Source: an uncultured Fluviicola sp. (lineage in GTDB: Bacteria > Bacteroidota > Bacteroidia > Flavobacteriales_D > Crocinitomicaceae). Taken from it: DNA of 61,850 bases. This document shows, piece by piece, positions 10,611-18,602 of the stretch. Under the pieces are notes generated by a model, which ran no database searches, was not told where the DNA came from, and was given only the letters and a program-made list of their open reading frames with translations. The translations under genes and the position numbers were made by a program. Numbering within the stretch: position 1 is the stretch's first letter; the number at the start of each line of letters is the position of its first letter. The stretch lies in assembly GCA_964427665.1 (NCBI GenBank), contig CAYRVL010000005.1, positions 17,443 through 79,292 on the forward strand, given 5' to 3'.

Positions 10611-10625
10611 GCCAATACATTTGAA

Positions 10626-10633
10626 CAAATATA
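10626..10633 (-). promoter_or_regulatory. Bacteroidota -7 element (TATATTTG)
   Basis: TAnnTTTG 15 nt upstream of the ATPase start. Confidence 0.5.
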
Positions 10634-10742
10634 GCATTATTTAAAAAATCTTTCCAATTAGCTACTTTCCACTTGGTAAGTTTCTAACAGGAAAGCAAAG
10701 GAATACTCAAAAATCCTTATTTTTGAAACTCAAACGTATCCC

Positions 10743-12143
10743 ATGCAAACAGCACTAACAGCAGCAGATCTAGACTTTTTCAAAACAATTGTTGGGACAA
10801 GAATGTTGATCGGAGAGCAAATCGATGCGCACTACGCTTCGGATCATACAGAAGATTTCGTCTTTTATCCGGCCGTGGTACTGAAACCGGAAAACACGCA
10901 AGAAGTTTCAGCGATCATGCGTTATTGTTACCAGAAAAACCTCATAGTTACTCCTTCCGGTGCACGAACCGGACTCAGCGGAGGTGCTTTGGCGAATTAC
11001 GGTGGTGTCTTATTGAGTTTGGAGCGCATGAACCGCATTTTGGAGATCGATGAACACAATCATCAAGTGATCACTGAACCGGGAGTTGTTACCGAAACCC
11101 TGCAAGCAGCCGTTCGCGAAAAAGGATTGTTCTACCCACCTGATCCTGCATCTAAAGGCTCTTGCTTCATCGGAGGAAATATTGCTGAAAATTCAGGTGG
11201 TCCAAAAGCCGTGAAATACGGCGTTACCAAAGATTGGGTATTGAATCTGGAAGTCGTACTTCCCAACGGAGACGTGATGTGGACCGGAGCCAATGTGATC
11301 AAAAATGCAACCGGATACAACCTCACTCAGCTCATAATCGGCAGTGAAGGTACGCTTGCTGTTGTGACCAAGATCGTTTTGCGACTGATCCCACATCCAA
11401 CTCACAATTTATTATTACTGGTTCCCTTCCGCAAAGGTGAAGAAGCGTGTGAGGCCGTTGGAAAAATATTCATGGAAGGCGTGATTCCAAGTGGATTAGA
11501 ATTCATGGACCGCGATGCCATTTTATTCACCTTGCCATATGTGGATGACGCACCAAATATCTTAAAAGATGACCACGACGCACATCTGCTTATTGAAGTA
11601 GATGGATTTGATCCGGATGTCCTCATGCAGGATTGCGAAAAGATCGTTGCTGTCGTTGAACAATTTGATATCGACGAGATCTTGTTTGCAGAAACAGAAG
11701 CCCAAAAAGACGGTTTGTGGCGCTTGCGCAGAAAGATCGGCGAAAGTGTCAAGTCTCATTCGATCTACAAAGAAGAAGATACGGTCGTACCGCGTTACGA
11801 GCTGCCGAAATTATTGCGCAAAGTCAAAGAACTTTCCCGCACATACGGATTTACGCCTGTCTGTTACGGACACGCCGGTGACGGAAACCTCCATGTAAAC
11901 ATTGTGAAGGGAAACATGACCGACGAACAGTGGAATACCGATCTCACACAAGCTATCCGTGAATTGTTTGCGGAAGTGGTACGCCTAGGAGGAACCATTA
12001 GTGGAGAACACGGAATTGGGCTGGTGCAACGTCCTTACATGGAAATCGCTTTCCAGGCGCATACCTTGGAACTGATGAAAGCCATCAAACGCGTTTTTGA
12101 TCCGAAAAATTTACTGAATCCCGGGAAAATATTTCCGGATTAA
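10743..12143 (+). CDS. FAD-binding oxidoreductase, GlcD/D-2-hydroxyacid dehydrogenase family
   Basis: GARTGLSGG, YPPDPAS, GSEGTL, GHAGDGNLH, SGEHGIG, DPKNLLNPGK. Confidence 0.9.
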   Translation: MQTALTAADLDFFKTIVGTRMLIGEQIDAHYASDHTEDFVFYPAVVLKPENTQEVSAIMRYCYQKNLIVTPSGARTGLSGGALANYGGVLLSLERMNRILEIDEHNHQVITEPGVVTETLQAAVREKGLFYPPDPASKGSCFIGGNIAENSGGPKAVKYGVTKDWVLNLEVVLPNGDVMWTGANVIKNATGYNLTQLIIGSEGTLAVVTKIVLRLIPHPTHNLLLLVPFRKGEEACEAVGKIFMEGVIPSGLEFMDRDAILFTLPYVDDAPNILKDDHDAHLLIEVDGFDPDVLMQDCEKIVAVVEQFDIDEILFAETEAQKDGLWRLRRKIGESVKSHSIYKEEDTVVPRYELPKLLRKVKELSRTYGFTPVCYGHAGDGNLHVNIVKGNMTDEQWNTDLTQAIRELFAEVVRLGGTISGEHGIGLVQRPYMEIAFQAHTLELMKAIKRVFDPKNLLNPGKIFPD

Positions 12144-12691
12144 TTATTCCAATACTGTCCGTCTCCGCTCTTCATTTGATGATACGATCGACTGAGATAC
12201 GCCAGCAGGATACGCATAGCATCAAAAGCCTCTTCCGTTTCAGCGGAGATCTCTTTCTTTTGAAGACGCATCAAGAGTTTCATGTAAAGTGCTTGAAAAC
12301 AGATCTCCAAGTGGTTCTTATCCTTCAAGTTGGAATGTTCACGAAAATCTTCGATGTAAGGTAAAGCGCGATCATACAAAGCTTTATATTTCTCGTCGTT
12401 CACAACTCCCAGCAAGGAATTGTGCAAGTAGGACAACTCAACTAGAACTTCCTGTAATTCAATGCGGTGCCCCGACTCGGTGATCTTCTCCGATTCCATA
12501 TCGCGGATCAATCCGGCATACCATTGGCGGTATTGCTCCAAATACGCTTTATCCGGCAATTGCGGAATCACGAAATGATTGATCAATTTTTCCAAGTCGA
12601 ATTGATACGCGCGGATAACGTCCTCAATCTGATACATGTAGAGGATATACTCGGCGATATTTTCGTTTTGCTTTTGGCGTGCGATCAGCAT
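12140..12691 (-). CDS. DUF4924 family protein
   Basis: ENIAEYILYMYQIEDVIRA N-terminus typical of this Bacteroidota family. Confidence 0.75.
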   Translation of the reverse strand: MLIARQKQNENIAEYILYMYQIEDVIRAYQFDLEKLINHFVIPQLPDKAYLEQYRQWYAGLIRDMESEKITESGHRIELQEVLVELSYLHNSLLGVVNDEKYKALYDRALPYIEDFREHSNLKDKNHLEICFQALYMKLLMRLQKKEISAETEEAFDAMRILLAYLSRSYHQMKSGDGQYWNN

Positions 12692-12693
12692 GT

Positions 12694-13290
12694 TTATTCT
12701 CCCATGTCTTTTTTCAACGCTTCCTGCTCATTATTCAGGAAATCAATGAAACTTTTGGTCACATCCATTTGATTGTTGATGTAGTTGATCTGCCCACCCT
12801 GACCGTGGATCATCAACATATCGATCTTGTATTTTTCGCAGTATTTCTTTCCTGCCGCCTCGATCTTTTTAGAGATAGCAGTCAACACATCGGACGTTTC
12901 TTTTTCCAGTTTGGCACCTTCTTGCTGTTGGAATTGCATGAACTGTTCTTTTTTACGCAACAATTCATTTTCCATTTTCTGCAATTCTTCACCACTCGCC
13001 GTTCCATTTTTGATGTGGTTCTGGAATCGTTGCTCCATCTCGATGATCGCTTTTTGGCGCGCCATTAACGTTTGTTCTAAGCCTTTTCCTTTGGCGGTAA
13101 TGCGCTCATCCTGACTTTTGTAATATTCAAAACCGTTTCGCAAACTATCCGAATAGTAGAAAGCAATCTTTAAGCCTTCCGTTTTCACGATCGGAACATT
13201 GGGAGCTTGCTCTTCTTTCTTTTCTTCTTTCTTTTCGCCACAAGCAGCAGCGATAACTAGTACGATCAGTGGAAAAATCAATCGATTCAT
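12694..13290 (-). CDS. OmpH/Skp family outer-membrane chaperone (lipoprotein)
   Basis: Lipobox IAAAC; KIAFY; Q-rich coiled coil; DVTKSFIDFLN. Confidence 0.8.
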   Translation of the reverse strand: MNRLIFPLIVLVIAAACGEKKEEKKEEQAPNVPIVKTEGLKIAFYYSDSLRNGFEYYKSQDERITAKGKGLEQTLMARQKAIIEMEQRFQNHIKNGTASGEELQKMENELLRKKEQFMQFQQQEGAKLEKETSDVLTAISKKIEAAGKKYCEKYKIDMLMIHGQGGQINYINNQMDVTKSFIDFLNNEQEALKKDMGE

Positions 13291-13535
13291 GCTTTGTCTT
13301 TTTGTTGAAATGCCGCTTCCCAATCAGAACGCATGGCTAAAAAGCGCTGTAATGCGTTGGCAAGCAATTCCGGGGTTATCATATTTTTTACTTCTTCCAG
13401 ACTCATTACGTCCGTTTCAGCGATCTTATAGATTTGTTCGAATTGACCTAATTCGATCTTTACCATGTATTTTCCATTGTATGAATGGATCTGGATCTTG
13501 TATCGCGGATGCGGAATTTCTGCAACAACTCTCAT
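13287..13535 (-). CDS. Conserved hypothetical protein
   Basis: MRVVAEIPHP...YMVKIELGQFEQIYK; 4-nt overlap with the OmpH start. Confidence 0.7.
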   Translation of the reverse strand: MRVVAEIPHPRYKIQIHSYNGKYMVKIELGQFEQIYKIAETDVMSLEEVKNMITPELLANALQRFLAMRSDWEAAFQQKDKA

Positions 13536-13579
13536 AGAACACAAAAATACACTTTTTGCGGACGTTCGAAAGCGGACTC

Positions 13580-13603
13580 AAAAAAAGAGGCCGCAGCCCC
13601 TTC
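13580..13603 (-). terminator. Rho-independent terminator after the DUF1987 gene
   Basis: Minus strand AGGGGC-TGCG-GCCTCT followed by a T-run. Confidence 0.55.
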
Positions 13604-13615
13604 ACTTTTTTAATC

Positions 13616-14014
13616 TTATGCGACGTAAACGTCCGAGTCGTTGTATTCTTTAAATTCGAAAGGAACGCGAACCATGAAAGCGTAGTCTTGTCCTACCTCA
13701 TACATGTCCTCATCAGATTTTCGATAATACCACTCCACTTGAGCAGCTTTTCCGCCATCCACCAATTCATTCAGCTTGTACAACAAGAACAAGATGCGTT
13801 TTGAAGAGGTAATATTGAAATATTCCAAGTCGATTTTAACCAAGGTATTTTCGTTTGGTTGACGCATATATCCGTCGAACCAATCCAACACGACACCCCA
13901 AAAAGCCTCAGGATCATCCGGGATCGATCTCCCGCGAATCTCCATAACACCCGTATTCGGGTTGAACTTTATTAAAGGTGTGTGGGCACCAGCTTCAATG
14001 TGTAACGCCTCCAT
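13616..14014 (-). CDS. DUF1987 / SiaC-family phosphoprotein
   Basis: TPLIKF, GRSIPD, LEYFNITSSK, WYY...DEDM.E.G motifs. Confidence 0.85.
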   Translation of the reverse strand: MEALHIEAGAHTPLIKFNPNTGVMEIRGRSIPDDPEAFWGVVLDWFDGYMRQPNENTLVKIDLEYFNITSSKRILFLLYKLNELVDGGKAAQVEWYYRKSDEDMYEVGQDYAFMVRVPFEFKEYNDSDVYVA

Positions 14015-14150
14015 GTATCACTTTCTTCAGCGCAATTTGTGAATTATTTTTCAATCCGACAATCTTTTTCTACGAATAGGAACGAATTTTCGACCAACCC
14101 CGCTATTATGAACCCGACCAATTAAAAATGATTGTCAAAAGACACATTCC

Positions 14151-14954
14151 TTACTTTTGTCGATGGTAATCAAGGAGTTGAGCAATCGGTTTTTCCAATG
14201 CAGCGATCAATTCCCATCCATACTCTTGACAAACTTGCGCGAACAACATTTTTTTGGCGCAACCATAACTTCCAACTAATCCAATTTGACGTTTTGAAAC
14301 AACTTCACCCGGTAAATATCGAGCACAAAACTCCCTGAAATTTGCGGTGTGGAGTACTTGTAGATCATATGATCTCGTTTCTGCTGCTAATTGCGCGATC
14401 CAGTGGTGTGCGTTGGGTCCGGCTAACTCTTGCATCAACCTAATCGTTGGATAACACGCTACTAATTGTGGATCTAAAAGTTTGGGAGCAGTAAGGAGTT
14501 TTTGCACCAACAAGCGACCGAAGTAAAAGCCACTCCCTTCATCTCCGACTAGCGGACCAAAACCTCCCAAACGTTCCGTAATGCGTTCTCCATCATAGAT
14601 CATACAAACACTTCCGGTACCCAAAATTGCAGCAACTCCAGGACGCATTCCAAACAAGGCGCGGCAAGCACCCAAGGTATCCGGATGCACTTCCACCTCT
14701 CCCGCACCCATGTTCACCAGAAAAGTGCGCAACTTCTGTTGATTCAATTCAGATCCACAACCCGCGCCGTAAAAAATAACCCGTGCATGTGGATTTGCCG
14801 CAAAAACTTGTTGCCAAAAATCGAGTTCCTCGCGTGATAATTTGTCCAAGTTTCTCGGATGTAAACTAGCTCCTTCCCGAATCCAGTTAGCATTTACGGC
14901 AGCAAAGGATGTTTTAGTGCCTCCCGAATCAAAAATCAAGGTTTCGTACTCCAT
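14151..14954 (-). CDS. BadF/BadG/BcrA/BcrD-type sugar kinase (N-acetylglucosamine kinase-like)
   Basis: DSGGTKT, FYGAGC, ILGTGS, GDEGSG. Confidence 0.8.
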   Translation of the reverse strand: MEYETLIFDSGGTKTSFAAVNANWIREGASLHPRNLDKLSREELDFWQQVFAANPHARVIFYGAGCGSELNQQKLRTFLVNMGAGEVEVHPDTLGACRALFGMRPGVAAILGTGSVCMIYDGERITERLGGFGPLVGDEGSGFYFGRLLVQKLLTAPKLLDPQLVACYPTIRLMQELAGPNAHHWIAQLAAETRSYDLQVLHTANFREFCARYLPGEVVSKRQIGLVGSYGCAKKMLFAQVCQEYGWELIAALEKPIAQLLDYHRQK

Positions 14955-15004
14955 AGTTTCAAAAATACCTAAAATGTGGTATTGTCCCGCCAAGACATCC
15001 CGCC

Positions 15005-15038
15005 TACATTTGCATTAATTTAAAATTATTCTAAATAA
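15005..15038 (+). promoter_or_regulatory. -7 promoter element (TACATTTG, 15005-15012) followed by a Fur-box-like palindrome (TAATTTAAAATTATTCTAAATAA, 15016-15038)
   Basis: 11-1-11 inverted repeat with 9 of 11 pairs matched, lying between the promoter and the ATG at 15045; resembles the TTATTTAGAATnATTCTAAATAA motif seen ahead of flavobacterial iron-uptake genes. Confidence 0.65.
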
Positions 15039-15044
15039 CACACG

Positions 15045-16163
15045 ATGAAATACCTCGCTTTTATAGGACTTCTAACTATTGGTTTCGGCGTTACTTCATG
15101 CAAAAAGGAAGGTTGCACAGATGAAAACGCCTTGAATTACAACAAAAAAGCCAAAAAAGATGATGGTAGCTGCACTTACGCTCCGGCTTACACGGTACCT
15201 ACAACCTATGCATTCACAAACGCAAACGGAGTAAACACGGTAGATTATTCCGGGCAAACAGATCGCGTAAACCAATTGAAAGAAATGATGGCTTACATCA
15301 AATCGGGTAAAGACGGTGTGATTCAAGCGGCCGTGATCGACGATATGTTTGCTAATCAAAACGATCCGTTCACATTTACGTCAACCAAACAGTTGCGCGA
15401 TAAATGTTTCAGCCTAGACCTTCCGATGTTTGATGCCTACATCGACAGCGTTGCGCTTGCTTCTGTATCTTATGCTCAAAGCGCGTCTAATGGTCAGGCC
15501 GGTACATTAACCACCGGAACCTCCGAATACCTTTTCTCTGCAAACGGGATCGAATATGCACAGTTGATCGAAAAAGGTTTAATGGGAGCAATTTTCCAAT
15601 ATCAAGCATTGAATGTTTATTTCGGTGCTGGAAAAATGAATGTTGATAATACCACCCCGGTTTCCGGTCAAGCGTATACTGCTATGGAACACCACTGGGA
15701 CGAGGCTTTTGGATATTTTACTGTTCCCACCGATTTTCCTACTACGCCGGCCACTGATTTTTGGGGAAAATATTGCGCTGCTCAGAACGGAGCATTGAAT
15801 TCGAATAGTGTGATGATGAATAATTTCTTGAAAGGTAGAGCTGCTATTTCAGCCAATGTTCTAACAGATCGCGATGCGGCTATTCAGTCGATCCGTGAAA
15901 TGTGGGAAAACATCGCCGCTTATCAAGCAATGACGTATTTGGATCAAGCGATCAGCTCCTTTGGAACGGATCAAGCGAAATTCTTACACGTCACGTCTGA
16001 AGCTTATGCATTCATTTTGTGCTTGCGTTATGCTCCAACTGAAACAAGAAATTTAAGCACCCAACAGGTCAGTGATCTTTTGGCAGAATTCGGAACTAAT
16101 TTCTGGAATTTGACACTGGCAGATTTGCAGAATATCAAAGCAACGCTTGACGCAAACTATTGA
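15045..16163 (+). CDS. DUF4856 domain lipoprotein (imelysin-like fold)
   Basis: Lipobox VTSC; GCTDENALNY...DDGSC motif; YSGQT; QLIEKGLMGA; EHHWDEAFGYF. Confidence 0.8.
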   Translation: MKYLAFIGLLTIGFGVTSCKKEGCTDENALNYNKKAKKDDGSCTYAPAYTVPTTYAFTNANGVNTVDYSGQTDRVNQLKEMMAYIKSGKDGVIQAAVIDDMFANQNDPFTFTSTKQLRDKCFSLDLPMFDAYIDSVALASVSYAQSASNGQAGTLTTGTSEYLFSANGIEYAQLIEKGLMGAIFQYQALNVYFGAGKMNVDNTTPVSGQAYTAMEHHWDEAFGYFTVPTDFPTTPATDFWGKYCAAQNGALNSNSVMMNNFLKGRAAISANVLTDRDAAIQSIREMWENIAAYQAMTYLDQAISSFGTDQAKFLHVTSEAYAFILCLRYAPTETRNLSTQQVSDLLAEFGTNFWNLTLADLQNIKATLDANY

Positions 16164-16165
16164 TC

Positions 16166-17242
16166 ATGAGAAAAATTGCTGTTTACGGATTAATTTGCAC
16201 GTTGGCCATCACGAGTCTGAGCGCGTGTAAAGACAAAAACAAGGATGATGAAGATGTCGCATTTGACAAAGGTCCAATCCTTACCAATTTGGCTGACAAT
16301 TATATCATTCCGGGTTACACAGATCTAAACTCCAAATTAACTGCCTTACAGACCACTTGGAACGCATTTCAGGCTGATCAGAGTTCACTGAATTTTGATG
16401 CCGTAAAAACGTCCTGGGAAGAAGCGAATAAGAGCTTTCATCGGGTAAAACTTTTCGATCTCGGTCCGGCAACAACTGTCGGATTGGCTGGTGCCTTGGG
16501 TACTTTCCCCACGGATACCACGCAAATACAGAACAATATCGCCTCCGGGACTTACAATCTGTTGACGGCAGAAAATGTGGATGCCATCGGATTTGATGCG
16601 CTGGATTATTTGCTGTTTCGATCCAATGCTTTTGCGTCCGTGACATCTTCTGCGAATACCCGCGTGTACATTTCCGAAGTGATCGCAAAAATGAAAACCG
16701 AAGTACAATCAGTACTTACCGCATGGCAGAATGGCTACCGTGCAACGTTTATTGCAGGAACTGGAACGTCTTCCACAGATGCTTTTGCTTTACTTGTCAA
16801 TAGTTTTTGCCGCGATTACGAGATCGCCAAGTCGATCAAATTAGGGATTCCAATCGGTATCCAAAGTTTGGGAATCCAGCAACCACATTATTTGGAAGCA
16901 CGTAGATCCGGATTGGGAAAAACAATTTTGATCACCAATATTCAAGCTGTTTGGGATGTTTTCCGAGGGATGAGTTACACCGGTGCCGATGGTCAGGGAT
17001 TTGATGACTATCTGAATGCGATCGATAAAGCCTCTCTCGTTTCAACGATCAATTCCAGATTCACGTACATGACGACACATCCAACAACATGGAGTGGAAC
17101 CCTGGAAACACTGATGTCCAGTAATCCTACGGGCTTGAACGACTTTTACAATTACATGCAAGGAAGCGTGGTTTACCTCAAAACAGATATGTCATCTGCC
17201 TTTGGTGTTTTGATCACGTATCAAGACAATGACGGCGATTAG
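16166..17242 (+). CDS. Imelysin (peptidase M75-like) family lipoprotein
   Basis: Lipobox LSAC; IIPGY; GFDALDYLLF; KLGIPIG; acidic C-terminus DNDGD. Confidence 0.8.
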   Translation: MRKIAVYGLICTLAITSLSACKDKNKDDEDVAFDKGPILTNLADNYIIPGYTDLNSKLTALQTTWNAFQADQSSLNFDAVKTSWEEANKSFHRVKLFDLGPATTVGLAGALGTFPTDTTQIQNNIASGTYNLLTAENVDAIGFDALDYLLFRSNAFASVTSSANTRVYISEVIAKMKTEVQSVLTAWQNGYRATFIAGTGTSSTDAFALLVNSFCRDYEIAKSIKLGIPIGIQSLGIQQPHYLEARRSGLGKTILITNIQAVWDVFRGMSYTGADGQGFDDYLNAIDKASLVSTINSRFTYMTTHPTTWSGTLETLMSSNPTGLNDFYNYMQGSVVYLKTDMSSAFGVLITYQDNDGD

Positions 17243-18602
17243 AAATTGGTTCGATAATCAGTTGATGAGAGGGGTTTCGATAGCCCCTCTTGTTGCATTT
17301 CGTATTGTTTTCGGTGCTTTGGTACTTTTCAGCACTGCCCGTTTCATGTGGAATGGTTGGGTCTTTGAATTGTACATCAAACCCGATTTTCATTTCACCT
17401 ACCTGGGTTTTGATTGGGTAAAACCACTTGGTGGAAATTGGATGTATCTTCCTTTCGTTCTTATGCTCATCAGTGCACTGGGCATTTTAATCGGAGCATT
17501 TTATAGAATTTCCACCAGTCTTTTCTTTTTGTGCTTCACATTCGTCGAGTTGTTGGACAAAGCCAATTACCTGAACCATTACTACTTTGTCAGCTTGATG
17601 TCGTTTTTACTGATCTGGATGCCAGCTCACCGCGATTTCAGTGTGGATGCAAAACGAATTCCTGCGATCCGCACCAAGATCATTGCTAATTGGCCCATCT
17701 TTTTATTGCAATTCCAATTAGGTGTGGTGTATTTTTTCGCAGGAATTGCAAAACTTCACCCGGACTGGCTTTTCGAAGCGCAACCTTTGAAACTTTGGCT
17801 GCAAGCACACCGAGATCTTCCGCTTGTTGGCGATCTGTTGGCTAGCTCGTGGGTAGCTTTCGCTTTCTCATGGTTTGGGTGTATATACGATCTCACGATC
17901 CCCTTTTTCTTATCGTTTCACCGAACTCGTCCCATCGCTTATCTTTTCGTGATCGGTTTTCACCTTATCACCTGGTTGCTCTTCCCAATTGGTGTATTTC
18001 CTTGGGTAATGATCTGCTCCACCTTGATCTTCTTCCCGCACACCTTTCACGAGCGACTATTGCGACCACTAAAGTCACTGTTGGGCTGGAAAGAACAAGT
18101 GAACTTCAAGCCGCATGTAGTTCCAAGAAAAGTGATCCTCGCTTTGCTGGGAATTTACTGTCTCATACAAGTAACCCTTCCTTTTCGGTATACACTTTAT
18201 CCAGGGAATTTATTTTGGACAGAAGAAGGATTTCGCTTTTCATGGCGCGTCATGCTGATGGAGAAAAAAGGTTACGCTACCTTCTATGTACAGGACAAAC
18301 GAACCGGCGGAAGGATCGAAATCGATAATTATCGCTATTTGAGTATGCAACAGATCGATCAAATGTCGCGACAACCCGATATGATCCTGCAATTTGCACA
18401 TTTCATCGCCGATAAATATGCTGATACGACGCTCCGTTTTGGATCAAAGGCCGTACATTTGCGCGATCCTGCCGTCCTGGCGCGTGTCTACGTAACGCTT
18501 AATGGCAGACCCAATCAATTATTCATCAACGATACAGTTGATCTAGCTAAAATAACATACGATCTGAAACACCGAACATGGCTGGAACCATACAACGACT
18601 GA
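17229..18602 (+). CDS. HTTM-domain protein, vitamin-K-dependent gamma-carboxylase homolog
   Basis: FRIVFG, YLNHYY, VYFFAGIAKLHPDW, FHL...IGVFP, FSWRVML, QPDMILQFA, VTLNGR; collinear with the eukaryotic GGCX core. Confidence 0.9.
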   Translation: MTAIRNWFDNQLMRGVSIAPLVAFRIVFGALVLFSTARFMWNGWVFELYIKPDFHFTYLGFDWVKPLGGNWMYLPFVLMLISALGILIGAFYRISTSLFFLCFTFVELLDKANYLNHYYFVSLMSFLLIWMPAHRDFSVDAKRIPAIRTKIIANWPIFLLQFQLGVVYFFAGIAKLHPDWLFEAQPLKLWLQAHRDLPLVGDLLASSWVAFAFSWFGCIYDLTIPFFLSFHRTRPIAYLFVIGFHLITWLLFPIGVFPWVMICSTLIFFPHTFHERLLRPLKSLLGWKEQVNFKPHVVPRKVILALLGIYCLIQVTLPFRYTLYPGNLFWTEEGFRFSWRVMLMEKKGYATFYVQDKRTGGRIEIDNYRYLSMQQIDQMSRQPDMILQFAHFIADKYADTTLRFGSKAVHLRDPAVLARVYVTLNGRPNQLFINDTVDLAKITYDLKHRTWLEPYND

